DNA of 64,000 nucleotides. Source: Escherichia phage UE-S1. Where the stretch lies: the sequence record ON568341.1. One strand, given 5' to 3'. A program made the translations under genes and the position numbers. Each line of letters starts with the position of its first letter. Positions within the stretch are counted from its first letter, which is position 1. Below the pieces are notes generated by a model. That model saw nothing but the letters and a program-made list of their open reading frames with translations. It searched no databases and was not told the DNA's origin. This document shows, in pieces, positions 1-11,641 of this stretch.

Positions 1-3000
1 GATTATCATTGTAAGTCAAACCACTGAATCCACAACCAACGGCATCATGAATTTTATCATCACTGATATCTTTATAAAGTTTCAATCGGTTGGCTAATGT
101 GTTATACTGAACATATTGTCTAAGGTCAGTAAACATTTCATTATGTGTTGATTCTTTATAAACGCGTTCTAACGTAGCTGTAAATTTATCAGTAGCTTCT
201 AAATCATCTGCATGTTCTTTATACCACTTGTTTACACCATGTGCAGTTCCAAGTGTTACATCCAATTCTGGATAGTAGATTTGCATTAGATAAGCATTAA
301 CAAGGTCAAACGAATTTTCATTATATTCTGGGAAAGAATATATGTAACGTTGTAATTCATAGTTATTAACAGAGTCTTTTTCATTGGTTTGATATTTTTT
401 ATTAACATTAATTAAATCATTAATGTTTGCCAAATCTTCATTTGGTTTACATTGAATGTTATCATAATGCATAATAATATCAATTTCTTGGAATCTTCTA
501 TGTGGGGAAATAAAATCACTAGGTAGTGCACCAACTTGTTCCCATTTTTTAGTAACTTCATTATATTGTGCGTACTCGTAATCCCAAATATCTTTTTCAG
601 TTTTAATCCAAGAACCATCAACGAAAATATACCCATTAGGATCTAAATCGTTACAAAGACCTTTTATTAAATCATCATCAGATGTTTTTTGTTCTATTTG
701 TGAACGAATTTTAGTTCTATAAGGTTTAACCTCTTCAAAGTACTCAACAATTTGATTAATCAAATTGTCATTTGAGTAATTTTGTACTAAAGATTGTTCC
801 AAACCAACAATATAGATATAGGAAGTTTTAAATACCCAATCTACAACACTTTGTTCAACGTGAACATATTTTACCATATCAAAAACAATTTCACTTTGAT
901 GTAAATCGAAAGAATGTTTGAGTAATGCTAGTGCTTTACGAACATTTATTTCACGATTACTAAGGGAACCGTTTTCATTATGAATACTATAGTCTGCATA
1001 AATCAAATCATTAAGTTCAATAGTGCTATGTTGACGACCAATAGCTTTCCAATAAATTGAATCACGCGATTGTGCTTTGATATACAACGTCCAAATATTT
1101 TCACTATCCGTAACTCTGATGATATCACCAACTTGATAATTTTTAGTATTTGCTTCTTCTAAACTAGTCTCTTGAATATAAGCTGTTTTGCTATCATACC
1201 CAACGTCATACCAATCAGCATACGACCAGTACTGAGTCATATCTAATGATGTTCCAAGTGATTCGACATAATCACTTTGCTTAATCATTTTATGTTGTCC
1301 CTCACCTTTATTTTCTAAAGTTATAGTAACAACATTTCCTGTATTGGCTGGGCTGTTCATTAACTGAATATATCCATTTTCATCAAAGTGAATGAAATAA
1401 ACTGCACTAGTGGATAAAGGATTTGGTAGATAACCACTGGAACTTAAAATAACAGCGTCATTTTCTTTAAATTTATCCTGCTCGACTGCAATCACTAATT
1501 CATTATTATAAGACAATACACGGAAAGAAACCTCATTAGGGTTAACTTCTGTTGTTTTGACATTAAACACATCTTCCATAACAACACTATTAGTGGTTAT
1601 GTTTTGTGATCTATAATAATTATTTGCACTTTCTACAAAGTTTCTTCGTGCATCAATTACATTCTGGAACCAGGTTTTATTGGAGCCTATACCATTATCA
1701 ACATCTGGATATAATAAATTTATCACCGAACCTGACTTGGTTGTTTCTTGTCCTATTAGTGAGTTCCACATTGAATCCCAAATTAATGGATTAAAGTTAT
1801 AGCTTTCACCCTCTTTACACAGTTGGTATTGATCATGTTTAACAACTTCAGTACTGTCCATATAGTAAGAAATAGTCAAAACACTAGTGTCATCATTGAC
1901 TTTAAACTGCATATTACTAAGGATAAAGGAGTTTTCATTAATTGGTGCAAACCAAGGAATGTTTAACTGTGATGGATCTTTAATAATACGTGCAATATCA
2001 GTACATGATTTAGTTCTGGTATGTAAAGGTGGTACATAAATTGTATCACGTACCCAGAAATAGTATTTTGTCACATAACTGTCAGTTGAGCTATCATATT
2101 CCAAAAATGTACTATAATTATCTTCAAGTGCAGTTCCGCTTGGAAGATACATATTATTATTTTTGTTTTTCTTAGCAACATCTTTACAGTACTTATCCCA
2201 GTTATATGGTTCTACTGGCGAGCATACCCACTCCAATACATCAATAGTGCTATGTGGCAACAAACGCCCCCAGTTGTATCGTTTGTATTCATTAGTAGCG
2301 TCAATATCAACATTACCATCTGCGTCATAAATGGCACGAGTATAATCCAAATAAAATGCAGTGCTTGTGTTCCACCATACTTGACCTACTTTATCTGCAC
2401 CCCAAGCTTGGACTAATTCACCATTACTATTATATTGTGCAGGGTCAATTGGTGAAGTATATGTCACGTTTTGCATAGCTGCACCTGGAATAACACCATT
2501 AATTGGGTCATAAACGTTTAGATATAATGCAGTAATATTTGTACGTTCATCATACGTTGTTGGTCGTTCAAATAGAGTGCTCTGTGGTGCTTTAAAGCTA
2601 TATTTTTTGTCAATATATTCTTGACGTTTATCAGCACTAGTGAATCGTGACACATAACGATACAAACGTGGACGAGTAGCCGGATCAGTAAATTCAATAT
2701 TAATTGAAGTATCAAATGGAACTACCATAACTTTAGGATCTTCGCCAGCAGTGTAATATTGACTTTCTACAGTTAAGGTATCTGGCATAAAATTCGTTTC
2801 ATCAACAAAATAATAATAATCGCCATCTTCAAGTGGGATTTTATCAGTCAATGTTACTTTACAGAATTGTTCAGCGTAAATATCGGTATTTTCGATTGGT
2901 GTTATAGAAACCATTTGCACATTAGTGTCAACTAATTCAAAAATGTTCCACAAACCATTACCATCTTTAAACATCCAAACTGATTCAGGATTTTCACCTT

Positions 3001-6000
3001 TACCATTAACATAAGAAATGCGGTCGTTATATGCAGTACTGAAATCTTTAGTAGTGTAAGATACTTCATCTAAGGTAACTGGACCAATATCAGGAAGTTG
3101 AATGTGTTCACTTCTCCCACTACGCATTGGAAATGAAAATTTTCCATTCGGGCGTGTAATCCAACGTGGGTCTTTACCTTGATCACCAAAATATACAACA
3201 TTATTACCAGTACCATTTGAAGTTGCATTTTCATCAAAAGACACCATTTGTGGTTGTTGTTTAAATTGGTCATTAATTAATTTAAATTGAAGATTTTTCT
3301 TACCATCAATATTACCATATGTACCAATTTTAAATGCCCATTCTTGTAATGCTTTATACTCATCAGTGTCATATGATTTAGAAACACGCAAAACACGTTC
3401 TAAAACTTGGTTAGTACCTTTATCATGAATAAATCCTTTATAAAAATCAACACGACTAACATCGCTACTAATCATACGTTGTAGATAATCACGGGATTGA
3501 TAGCCAATTAAATGACTAGACAATTCTTGTAATTGTACATCGCTTACTGGACTTTCATTATCATAGTAATGTTGGAAATCAGTTACTAATGTTTCAAATG
3601 AAGGAATTGTACCAGATTCTAATATAATAAAACCAGGTGCTTGTAATCTTCCAGTCCATGAACCAGTAATATAACCGTACATTTTGATTAGTTCCTGAAT
3701 AGAACCATATGTTGGTTGATAGATGTAATCACCAAAAATAGTTTTATCATCAAATATAACCGCATGTTCATATGAACACAAACTTAAACGAAGTAATGCA
3801 ATACGTTTATTAGAATCTAATGTTCTAACAGTGAAAATATTACCAATACGAGAAGTTTCGATTTCATACTGACGAATACCTTGGTTATTATCGTCAAGTA
3901 GTGACCATACTCCACCATTATTTTGTGTAATAGACTGAACTGAACCAAAATCTGAACCAAATTTTGCATTTGCTGCACTTGGTGTACAAGATATAAATTC
4001 ACCAGTTATAAGAGAATTCTGACTCCACATCACAAAATCTTTAGCAATAGTGTTCCAATCTTGTTGAACGCCGCCATCATTTACATCTTCGAAGATCCAT
4101 CCATGTTCTTTAAGATACTCCCCATAACCACAAATAAAAGTATAGACTTCTTGGTAACTGTTAAGAACTGTTCCATATTCAATAGAAGCCTCAGACTTCC
4201 ATTCATTGTAATGGACAACATTACGGTTTTCTAATTTAAGAGTTACTTTTCGACCATTTTTCACTGGGAGTTTATATTTAAATTTAGCCCCAACCAAGTC
4301 ATATCCATCTATTTGATATGCACTACCATTCCAGGTAATTTTGATAGCACTCATCTGTTCATCACGAATATTATTTGAACGTACAAGTCCAATTGTTTGG
4401 TTTTCTTGTGAAATCAACCCAAATGATTTAGCATTGAATGTTAGTTGGTCTGCTTTAGTAAATCCTCCAATTTTATGTCCTACATTTACATTAGAAGAAC
4501 GAACAACATCACCATATTTTGTAGTAATGTTTTTATTTTGATACATCAAATAATCACTAACGAACATTTGATACCCAATTGTTCTTGTGTTATTTTCACC
4601 ATGAACAGTGGTTTTTTTATCAAAATTGATACGATTACGGGTATCCCCATAAAGAAATTGTTCACCACCAGTGAATATTTCTTTTAAATTATCATTTCGG
4701 GTGTCCCAAAAATAGTTTGCGAATTGTGCTGGTTTAGCTTTATACAATAGCATCATTTGGTCATATGCAAATAATGTGGTATTCATGTAAGTAAATTCCA
4801 TGTCACCCATATCACCATATGCCCAAGGTTCGGCTCTATGATTTAAAGAACCAGATACTAAACCTAAAATCTCAGGGGCAATATACTCAACAACACAAAT
4901 ATCCACTCCAGAGGATGTTTTATTTCCAGTTTTTGTAATTTTAAATGGTTGTACACCAAATCTTCTATATTTGTCATACTGACCACGGCGGTCACCAGAT
5001 AAAATTGTACCAGTACTACTATCCCCGATAGTATCATTAATATTCCACAGACCACTAGGAACTAAATCACCTTGTTCATCAGTGACAAGTGCTTCATATA
5101 CATATACAACATCACCATCACGTTCACCAACTTGAACAGCAGTTGGTTCATATTCTTGATTCCACCAAGTAGGACGTTGTGTAAATCCAAACATTTCCCA
5201 TGGATGTGTTGCTGGACGATATGTACCATATTGGTCAGTATAGATTGCACGCCACGAACCACGAGCAGGAATTTCAGTACTTTTACCATTGACCATATAA
5301 TAGGTTCCAGTGTAGTTCCATGTTCTCCAGTTACTGGGATCATAATCATGTGTACTATTACTAATACCATTGGATGCTGTAAAGTTAATATAACCACGCA
5401 ATAAAAGTGTTTGTTTCTCTTCCGCACTATATTCAGTTTTTGTAAAATATGGTGTAGGGAAAAGGTCATCACTATTCAATACTGGAACATAATCAACATC
5501 TTTGAATTTATTATCAATACTATTAAAAATTCTATTTTCTAACTCATAAACAACATCATCCATTTTATCAACACCATTAATTACACGGTATGCTTTTGAA
5601 ATAATACCAGTATGACTAATGTTATAAAAGCTTGGTTTACTACCAGCAGTTAGAAATGTAGCTTTCTCAGGAACATATGCTTGTAAAATACCCAAAAACT
5701 GTGGTGTTGGTGGTATAAATGCACGAACAAGTCCAGATGTGCTTCCTACATTATCATAATAGAACGGGAATGAGCTGTCGCGTCCCATATTGATAGTAGT
5801 TAAAATAGAATCAACAATATTTGCTGCACTATTTTGTAAAAAGTTAGATGGATTTTCATTATACATACGAAGCATTTGAGTATTAAATTTATTAATGAAT
5901 CGGAAATATTCAGATTGCATAAACATAGTTGCTTCAAATAAATCAATATCTTCATTTGCGGTATGAGCCATCAATGGAAGCATAGAAGCTTCATTTTGAA

Positions 6001-7996
6001 TAATTTTAGTTCCTACTCCATTATTCACTAATCCCTTAGCTAAACGTTCTTCATAATCGTTGAAGTCATCAGCATAACCACTAGTGATATTCTGTTGAAT
6101 AATATCCTGAAAATGTAGAGTATAGTCTCCTTGATTAATATATATAATATTGGAGTTATATGGGTTATTTTGTAAGTTAATCGGAACTTCATATGCACCT
6201 AATTCTTTATCAGGTGTTACGGTTCTACTATAAGTTCTAATTTGAATAACAGAATCATCATCTAAATCTACCGAACTATCAAGTGTGATGCTTTGTACTT
6301 GGCCTTTTGATACATTCTTTGTATATTTTGATACATTAACACCATCGACATTAACTTCAATAATATCAGAATCATTATCTAAAACTTTTTGAGCTAATTC
6401 AAACGTATGATCATATTTTAAAATCTGAATACCATCACCACTAATCTGATGCCAGTCCAAATAAGTTTCACGTTCTGCTTTATAGTACTGATATGTTCTA
6501 TCAACTTCAATAACATATGCATACATACCATCAACAGGTTCTTTGAACACTTCCATGTCATATACAGTACTGAATACTCGATACATGTCAGTGCGTTGGA
6601 CCTGTGGAGTTTGTTTTACATATTGTTTAGAGTATTCGTTTGAACGAACCCAATCAGTTTTTAGATTCATTTTATTATTTTCATCAATAATGTTATAATA
6701 ATACAATCCACCAATTTCAACTTCAACACCAAGATGATCATATGTATAACGTTGTGATTGCAAAAAGTTTTCATAGGTGTAATAGTTATAATCACCAAGT
6801 TCAATGTTATACCCATATACACTATCAGTAGCGTAATTATAATTTATTTTAAAACCAAATAATTGTGAACCTTTAAAGTTACTGGATGGGTATGTTGTAC
6901 TATTATCTAGTTTAATCCCATTGCGATCATAAAGTTGGAATTTTGGGAAGACGTTAACACTAGGTTTAGACTGTGCACGAACCCACAAATTACCATTCCA
7001 AAACATAGAACTATTACCATATTCATTACCTTTGGTAATTAAAACAACATCTCCATCCTGTGGTTCACCACTTGGACGAGATTCTGATTCTTCATCGGGG
7101 TCTAGTGCTAAGCCATAAACACGTGTACCATCTTGCATTTTTTTAACATATACTTTATAAATCCTATTGTTTTCACCATCGTTACCAATACTAGTGAATA
7201 GAATACGCATACCATCTTGTGGAATAATACCATCAATACGAATACCACTATTGACATCTTTTTGGATAATATCTTCAGGTTTAATATTATCAGAAAAAAG
7301 TTCAACTGTACCACGGAATTTCGTACCGTAGTTAATTAGCTCAATGTTTTTATTATATTCAATAATTGGTGCACGAGCACGAATAAAACGAGCATCTTGC
7401 ATTAATTCTTCGGTCAAGATTGAACCATCTTCCAGTGTCTCACCTAAAGTATACCAAAAGTTTTGTAATGACCAAGTATTACCATTAAGTGCACCACGTT
7501 CCATGACAATGTAGTCAGGAGTAGTAATATTATAAGAGTTTTTTGTATCCCAAAGATATGAGCTAAAATTATTCATTTTATTTGGGTTAATTGCAGGTGT
7601 CCATGCGTAAAACTTACCGTTAAATAAGCGACTTTCATTATCGGTTAGTGCTCCATAATGACTCATGTACCCAACCAGATCATCATAAAATTGAATTGAA
7701 CGAATAGTCGAATCATCATTTTTAGAGACGTAAGCAGTGGACAACTGATATAGTTGTCGAGCAACAGTACTTTCGTGTAAAAAGATATTACCAGCAGCGG
7801 CTGGAGAACCCATATCACCAATATAACCGTCAACTAATTCGTTTTCAGCCGGATTAAACCATTGTTGAATAACATCATCACTGACTTTCTGAATATCTTC
7901 TAAGCCTTGCATCCACTCAGGCAATCTTTTAATAAAAAGCTTTTTCTGTACTGCTTCAGCCATCTGTGTAGGTTGAAACTTAAAATTATTAGTCAT
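1..7996 (-). CDS. Giant virion structural protein (baseplate wedge / tail-fibre-like), 3' end truncated by window edge
   Basis: Minus-strand frame read by eye from ATG at 7996-7994 (GGAG 8 nt upstream) to position 1 with no stop noticed, more than 2,660 codons. Missing from the ORF track only because its stop lies outside the window. Sits at the distal end of the baseplate module. Confidence 0.6.
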   Translation of the reverse strand, partial: MTNNFKFQPTQMAEAVQKKLFIKRLPEWMQGLEDIQKVSDDVIQQWFNPAENELVDGYIGDMGSPAAAGNIFLHESTVARQLYQLSTAYVSKNDDSTIRSIQFYDDLVGYMSHYGALTDNESRLFNGKFYAWTPAINPNKMNNFSSYLWDTKNSYNITTPDYIVMERGALNGNTWSLQNFWYTLGETLEDGSILTEELMQDARFIRARAPIIEYNKNIELINYGTKFRGTVELFSDNIKPEDIIQKDVNSGIRIDGIIPQDGMRILFTSIGNDGENNRIYKVYVKKMQDGTRVYGLALDPDEESESRPSGEPQDGDVVLITKGNEYGNSSMFWNGNLWVRAQSKPSVNVFPKFQLYDRNGIKLDNSTTYPSSNFKGSQLFGFKINYNYATDSVYGYNIELGDYNYYTYENFLQSQRYTYDHLGVEVEIGGLYYYNIIDENNKMNLKTDWVRSNEYSKQYVKQTPQVQRTDMYRVFSTVYDMEVFKEPVDGMYAYVIEVDRTYQYYKAERETYLDWHQISGDGIQILKYDHTFELAQKVLDNDSDIIEVNVDGVNVSKYTKNVSKGQVQSITLDSSVDLDDDSVIQIRTYSRTVTPDKELGAYEVPINLQNNPYNSNIIYINQGDYTLHFQDIIQQNITSGYADDFNDYEERLAKGLVNNGVGTKIIQNEASMLPLMAHTANEDIDLFEATMFMQSEYFRFINKFNTQMLRMYNENPSNFLQNSAANIVDSILTTINMGRDSSFPFYYDNVGSTSGLVRAFIPPTPQFLGILQAYVPEKATFLTAGSKPSFYNISHTGIISKAYRVINGVDKMDDVVYELENRIFNSIDNKFKDVDYVPVLNSDDLFPTPYFTKTEYSAEEKQTLLLRGYINFTASNGISNSTHDYDPSNWRTWNYTGTYYMVNGKSTEIPARGSWRAIYTDQYGTYRPATHPWEMFGFTQRPTWWNQEYEPTAVQVGERDGDVVYVYEALVTDEQGDLVPSGLWNINDTIGDSSTGTILSGDRRGQYDKYRRFGVQPFKITKTGNKTSSGVDICVVEYIAPEILGLVSGSLNHRAEPWAYGDMGDMEFTYMNTTLFAYDQMMLLYKAKPAQFANYFWDTRNDNLKEIFTGGEQFLYGDTRNRINFDKKTTVHGENNTRTIGYQMFVSDYLMYQNKNITTKYGDVVRSSNVNVGHKIGGFTKADQLTFNAKSFGLISQENQTIGLVRSNNIRDEQMSAIKITWNGSAYQIDGYDLVGAKFKYKLPVKNGRKVTLKLENRNVVHYNEWKSEASIEYGTVLNSYQEVYTFICGYGEYLKEHGWIFEDVNDGGVQQDWNTIAKDFVMWSQNSLITGEFISCTPSAANAKFGSDFGSVQSITQNNGGVWSLLDDNNQGIRQYEIETSRIGNIFTVRTLDSNKRIALLRLSLCSYEHAVIFDDKTIFGDYIYQPTYGSIQELIKMYGYITGSWTGRLQAPGFIILESGTIPSFETLVTDFQHYYDNESPVSDVQLQELSSHLIGYQSRDYLQRMISSDVSRVDFYKGFIHDKGTNQVLERVLRVSKSYDTDEYKALQEWAFKIGTYGNIDGKKNLQFKLINDQFKQQPQMVSFDENATSNGTGNNVVYFGDQGKDPRWITRPNGKFSFPMRSGRSEHIQLPDIGPVTLDEVSYTTKDFSTAYNDRISYVNGKGENPESVWMFKDGNGLWNIFELVDTNVQMVSITPIENTDIYAEQFCKVTLTDKIPLEDGDYYYFVDETNFMPDTLTVESQYYTAGEDPKVMVVPFDTSINIEFTDPATRPRLYRYVSRFTSADKRQEYIDKKYSFKAPQSTLFERPTTYDERTNITALYLNVYDPINGVIPGAAMQNVTYTSPIDPAQYNSNGELVQAWGADKVGQVWWNTSTAFYLDYTRAIYDADGNVDIDATNEYKRYNWGRLLPHSTIDVLEWVCSPVEPYNWDKYCKDVAKKNKNNNMYLPSGTALEDNYSTFLEYDSSTDSYVTKYYFWVRDTIYVPPLHTRTKSCTDIARIIKDPSQLNIPWFAPINENSFILSNMQFKVNDDTSVLTISYYMDSTEVVKHDQYQLCKEGESYNFNPLIWDSMWNSLIGQETTKSGSVINLLYPDVDNGIGSNKTWFQNVIDARRNFVESANNYYRSQNITTNSVVMEDVFNVKTTEVNPNEVSFRVLSYNNELVIAVEQDKFKENDAVILSSSGYLPNPLSTSAVYFIHFDENGYIQLMNSPANTGNVVTITLENKGEGQHKMIKQSDYVESLGTSLDMTQYWSYADWYDVGYDSKTAYIQETSLEEANTKNYQVGDIIRVTDSENIWTLYIKAQSRDSIYWKAIGRQHSTIELNDLIYADYSIHNENGSLSNREINVRKALALLKHSFDLHQSEIVFDMVKYVHVEQSVVDWVFKTSYIYIVGLEQSLVQNYSNDNLINQIVEYFEEVKPYRTKIRSQIEQKTSDDDLIKGLCNDLDPNGYIFVDGSWIKTEKDIWDYEYAQYNEVTKKWEQVGALPSDFISPHRRFQEIDIIMHYDNIQCKPNEDLANINDLINVNKKYQTNEKDSVNNYELQRYIYSFPEYNENSFDLVNAYLMQIYYPELDVTLGTAHGVNKWYKEHADDLEATDKFTATLERVYKESTHNEMFTDLRQYVQYNTLANRLKLYKDISDDKIHDAVGCGFSGLTYNDN

Positions 7997-8045
7997 TTTC
8001 TGGACTCCATATAATTCGTTCATTCATTTATTTTATTTATTAGAT

Positions 8046-8069
8046 AAAAAAGGCGTTCCGAAGAACGCC
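8046..8069 (-). terminator. Rho-independent terminator after gp6-like gene
   Basis: Hairpin GGCGTTC-cgaa-GAACGCC, followed on the minus strand by a T-run. Confidence 0.55.
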
Positions 8070-8078
8070 AGTGTAATA

Positions 8079-11000
8079 TTAAGAACCAATATTTATATTG
8101 CTTTTAGCTAATGAGTTAACTATTTGAACATTTTCTACTGATGCCGTACTCAAAAATATTTGGTCCGAACGTGATGGAATTTCAAATAGTGACCCAAATT
8201 TTGAATTTGGATTTTGTGCAACAATAACAATTGTACTAATATGTCTCCCCAATTGGGAATGTATATAAGTACACAAATCAGTGTAATAGAAACTTTCACC
8301 AAAATCCCAATTATCAACATTAAAATATTCATTTGTTAATGCAATAACATTTTGACGAATTTCATCGTCACTCATAGTACTATTTGGTAATTTAACAACT
8401 TTAAAATCAGCTTTATAGTCTTCAGCAGCACTATTGCCAAACAATGGTAGGTACTCTGCACTATGCCAAATAATACTGTCACTGATGACAATTTTTTGCT
8501 CAACATCTTTGAACATATTTTTCAATTCAACTGATGTAGGTGGTTTTGGGATACTTCCAACTGCATTATTTTTCAACCACACATCAACTTCGGTTTTATA
8601 CGAGTTAGTTAGAACATACATATCAATTAAGTTTGTTCTACTTGGATCAATGCGATTATCGTCAGGTGCATAATGTTTCCAATGGAAGTCAATACTTGTA
8701 CGAGCATTTGTTTTGACTGTGTATTGTGCAGTAACATCTTTATAACCATAGTAATCCAACTTCTGATTCTCATCAGAATTAGTACCCATGTTGTTAATTG
8801 TACGATAAAATGCGAGTTCTGGTGTAACAGTTATGGTGTCATCTGAATATGTCAAATTACTAATTAATTGACCCAAACGATCATTGTTGTTACCAACGGT
8901 TTGTTCGATGAAATAATATTTACCATCATATTTAAAACACACTAAGAATCCAGAACCTTTACTGTACAATCCACTCAATGAGTTAGAACGAATTGCATTA
9001 TTTCGTACAAATTCAGTTCTTTTATATGTATTAGGTTCAGCTAATGCTTGTTCCATCGTATAAGACCAAGATGAATCTAGAAACGTGAATGTATCATTTG
9101 GTAAAGATAGAACTGAAATAGTAAAATCATTATTTTCTTTGAATATCAAAATACCACCATATTTCAATGCATCAGTACCTGACCATTCTGGAACAATTTC
9201 TTTAAATTGGTTTGGTTCCAATGGTATACCATTACTATCTACTTTTCTAGATGTGACAATAATACGAGAGCCATCAAGATATCCATTTTCTTGCTGTATT
9301 GTATCATAAATTTGAAAATCAATATTACTCGTCAGTCCAGAATTGTTAGTACTGGTGGTGTTCGAAGATAAAATTTCAATCTTATCGCTTTGAACAGTGC
9401 CAGTACTAATATCAGTTATTTTTTTGGATGAAACAAAGTAAAATTTCACTTTATCCCCACCAACGAATATATATTCAATACCATTAGCGTCAAATTCCCA
9501 AGTTTCTGCTGTATATTTTACATTTATAACAACCAAAACTTCATGACCATTATACATAATAGTATCATCATTCGTACTTACTTCTACCGGAACCCATGCA
9601 GTTGTTTCTTTGTCATGCACAATGACAAAATCAGTTTTCTTATCCAACATTGCAGAAATAGATTGAACTTCAACGGAATCAAACCTAGTTCTATATGGTA
9701 ATATATAATCAATTGCTTGCATTCTACTTGGTACGGATGTACTTAATACATAAAACCCATTATCTAATACACTAACAATACTTGCCCATACTGTAGTGGT
9801 AGAGTTAGAAAATTTAATCAAAGTACCCACCTGATACGAGCCATATACAGTCCCAGATGAACCCAAAATTCTACCATATGTATTTGTAGTATAATTTGAA
9901 TTATATACAGGCGTCCATGATTGTTGGATTTCAATGCCAATCGTATTGGAAGGGTAAGCTTGATAGCGTTGTATTACCGCATTTTCACCAATCAATGGTT
10001 GAATATTATCAATAACAATGCTGGCATTAGTTTTTGTTGTTGGTAGTAATAGTGACCTATTAAATTTAGTATTTTCTTGATATAATGCCCCGTCATCACT
10101 AAACACATCAGTGTTTTGGTATTTTCCAGTAGGATCATTGATGTCAATAAATCTAGACTGACCACTATAAATTCTATTAATAGCTTTCGACTTAAGCACT
10201 GTATTCCCTAAACTAAGGGGTGCTATATTATAATCTTCACCATTAACAAAGCGGTTTTGTGTATAGTACATTTGTGGTGCACGTGCTTTAATCTGCTCAA
10301 TTGTCTCAGCACTTTGTGCACGATCTGATTCATATTGTAATGAAAAACGTACATCCAACGTACTAGATTCATAACTTGATTGTGTTTTAGTTCGATATGT
10401 ATACTTTACACTTTTATTTTGAATTTCTGATGTTTTAATGTTATACGTTTTACCATTACTGACGCGATACCACACGCGAAAAGTTCCACGCGGCACAACA
10501 CCACTTCTAGAATCTGGATATTTAATTGTTATTTGGTCTTTGTCACGTGTTGAAACAGCAAAAATTGTTTTTAATTGACGGTTAACCGTATTATATGCAA
10601 TACTTTCCATAGATGGTACTTTTGTCCATTTCGCACGCACAATACCATCTTCATTAATTTCTTGAACCCAAACATCAGTTTCGTTTATATTATCAACGTT
10701 TACATCTTGTATTCTATTTTCTTCACGAATATTATATTGATAATCTTGATATGTCAACGTCCCTTGTATAAAATATACAAAAAAACCAGTATTTGGTGAA
10801 CTGAATCCATTACCATCATTTTGATAGACAATATATTTTTGTTCTTGCGGTTCTGGGTGACGTTCCTCAACACCAACGGATGTAATGTCAGGGTTTACCA
10901 CTTCAAATGTCATAGATTCACCATTTACTGTTGCAACAAATGGTATACTTGGTGCAGTCATTGGAATTGTATTCATCCTATACAATTGTCGAGATACACC

Positions 11001-11540
11001 ATTAACATCAATACGTTTAACTGGGTTACCAAATTGATTAGTACTAACAAATGAGCTATTCATAACAAGAATGAAGTTTTCATACCAATTTGCATCCATC
11101 GGGTCATTCCAACGAATAATTTTATCTTTTAGCGATTCATTGAAACTATTACGAACATCTTGGTTAGTTTTAATTTCAGTTAATTTAGCAACTGCACGAC
11201 CAGGATAAGAACGGCGTGGTGCATAAGAAATCATTTTAGCTAGTTTTAGAACTGATGCACGACGTGTTGCAGTATCTAAAAAGTTTTCACGTGTGTTTAA
11301 ATCCATACGAAATGCCAAGTTCTGTCCTAGCATAGAAATTGTATCCAGAATAAAAATGAATTGGTCATTTTCAATCCAGTCATTGAATGAATCAGGATAC
11401 GTTTGACGCAAATAATCAATCATACTCTGGCGAATAGTATCAAAATCATATGCAGTAAGATTGATTTTATAAAAACTTTCATAAACTTGAGTCCAATCTT
11501 CACCACTATATAAATTTGATTGCCTTTTTTGTTGTGACAT
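8079..11540 (-). CDS. Baseplate wedge protein, gp6/gpJ-like (1153 aa)
   Basis: Long ORF directly downstream of the gp25/gpW-like gene, matching the conserved V-W-J order of contractile-tail baseplates. Function inferred from position and size only. Confidence 0.45.
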   Translation of the reverse strand: MSQQKRQSNLYSGEDWTQVYESFYKINLTAYDFDTIRQSMIDYLRQTYPDSFNDWIENDQFIFILDTISMLGQNLAFRMDLNTRENFLDTATRRASVLKLAKMISYAPRRSYPGRAVAKLTEIKTNQDVRNSFNESLKDKIIRWNDPMDANWYENFILVMNSSFVSTNQFGNPVKRIDVNGVSRQLYRMNTIPMTAPSIPFVATVNGESMTFEVVNPDITSVGVEERHPEPQEQKYIVYQNDGNGFSSPNTGFFVYFIQGTLTYQDYQYNIREENRIQDVNVDNINETDVWVQEINEDGIVRAKWTKVPSMESIAYNTVNRQLKTIFAVSTRDKDQITIKYPDSRSGVVPRGTFRVWYRVSNGKTYNIKTSEIQNKSVKYTYRTKTQSSYESSTLDVRFSLQYESDRAQSAETIEQIKARAPQMYYTQNRFVNGEDYNIAPLSLGNTVLKSKAINRIYSGQSRFIDINDPTGKYQNTDVFSDDGALYQENTKFNRSLLLPTTKTNASIVIDNIQPLIGENAVIQRYQAYPSNTIGIEIQQSWTPVYNSNYTTNTYGRILGSSGTVYGSYQVGTLIKFSNSTTTVWASIVSVLDNGFYVLSTSVPSRMQAIDYILPYRTRFDSVEVQSISAMLDKKTDFVIVHDKETTAWVPVEVSTNDDTIMYNGHEVLVVINVKYTAETWEFDANGIEYIFVGGDKVKFYFVSSKKITDISTGTVQSDKIEILSSNTTSTNNSGLTSNIDFQIYDTIQQENGYLDGSRIIVTSRKVDSNGIPLEPNQFKEIVPEWSGTDALKYGGILIFKENNDFTISVLSLPNDTFTFLDSSWSYTMEQALAEPNTYKRTEFVRNNAIRSNSLSGLYSKGSGFLVCFKYDGKYYFIEQTVGNNNDRLGQLISNLTYSDDTITVTPELAFYRTINNMGTNSDENQKLDYYGYKDVTAQYTVKTNARTSIDFHWKHYAPDDNRIDPSRTNLIDMYVLTNSYKTEVDVWLKNNAVGSIPKPPTSVELKNMFKDVEQKIVISDSIIWHSAEYLPLFGNSAAEDYKADFKVVKLPNSTMSDDEIRQNVIALTNEYFNVDNWDFGESFYYTDLCTYIHSQLGRHISTIVIVAQNPNSKFGSLFEIPSRSDQIFLSTASVENVQIVNSLAKSNINIGS

Positions 11541-11605
11541 AATTTATTCCTTTAAATCAGTAAAGTACTAGTTCAGTACTGGGAATTATATAGAAATATT
11601 TATTC

Positions 11606-11637
11606 AAAAAGAAAAGCACTCAGAAGAGTGCTTTTTC
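11606..11637 (-). terminator. Bidirectional hairpin terminator
   Basis: GCACTC-agaa-GAGTGC stem flanked by an A-run and a T-run. Confidence 0.45.
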
Positions 11638-11641
11638 TTAG

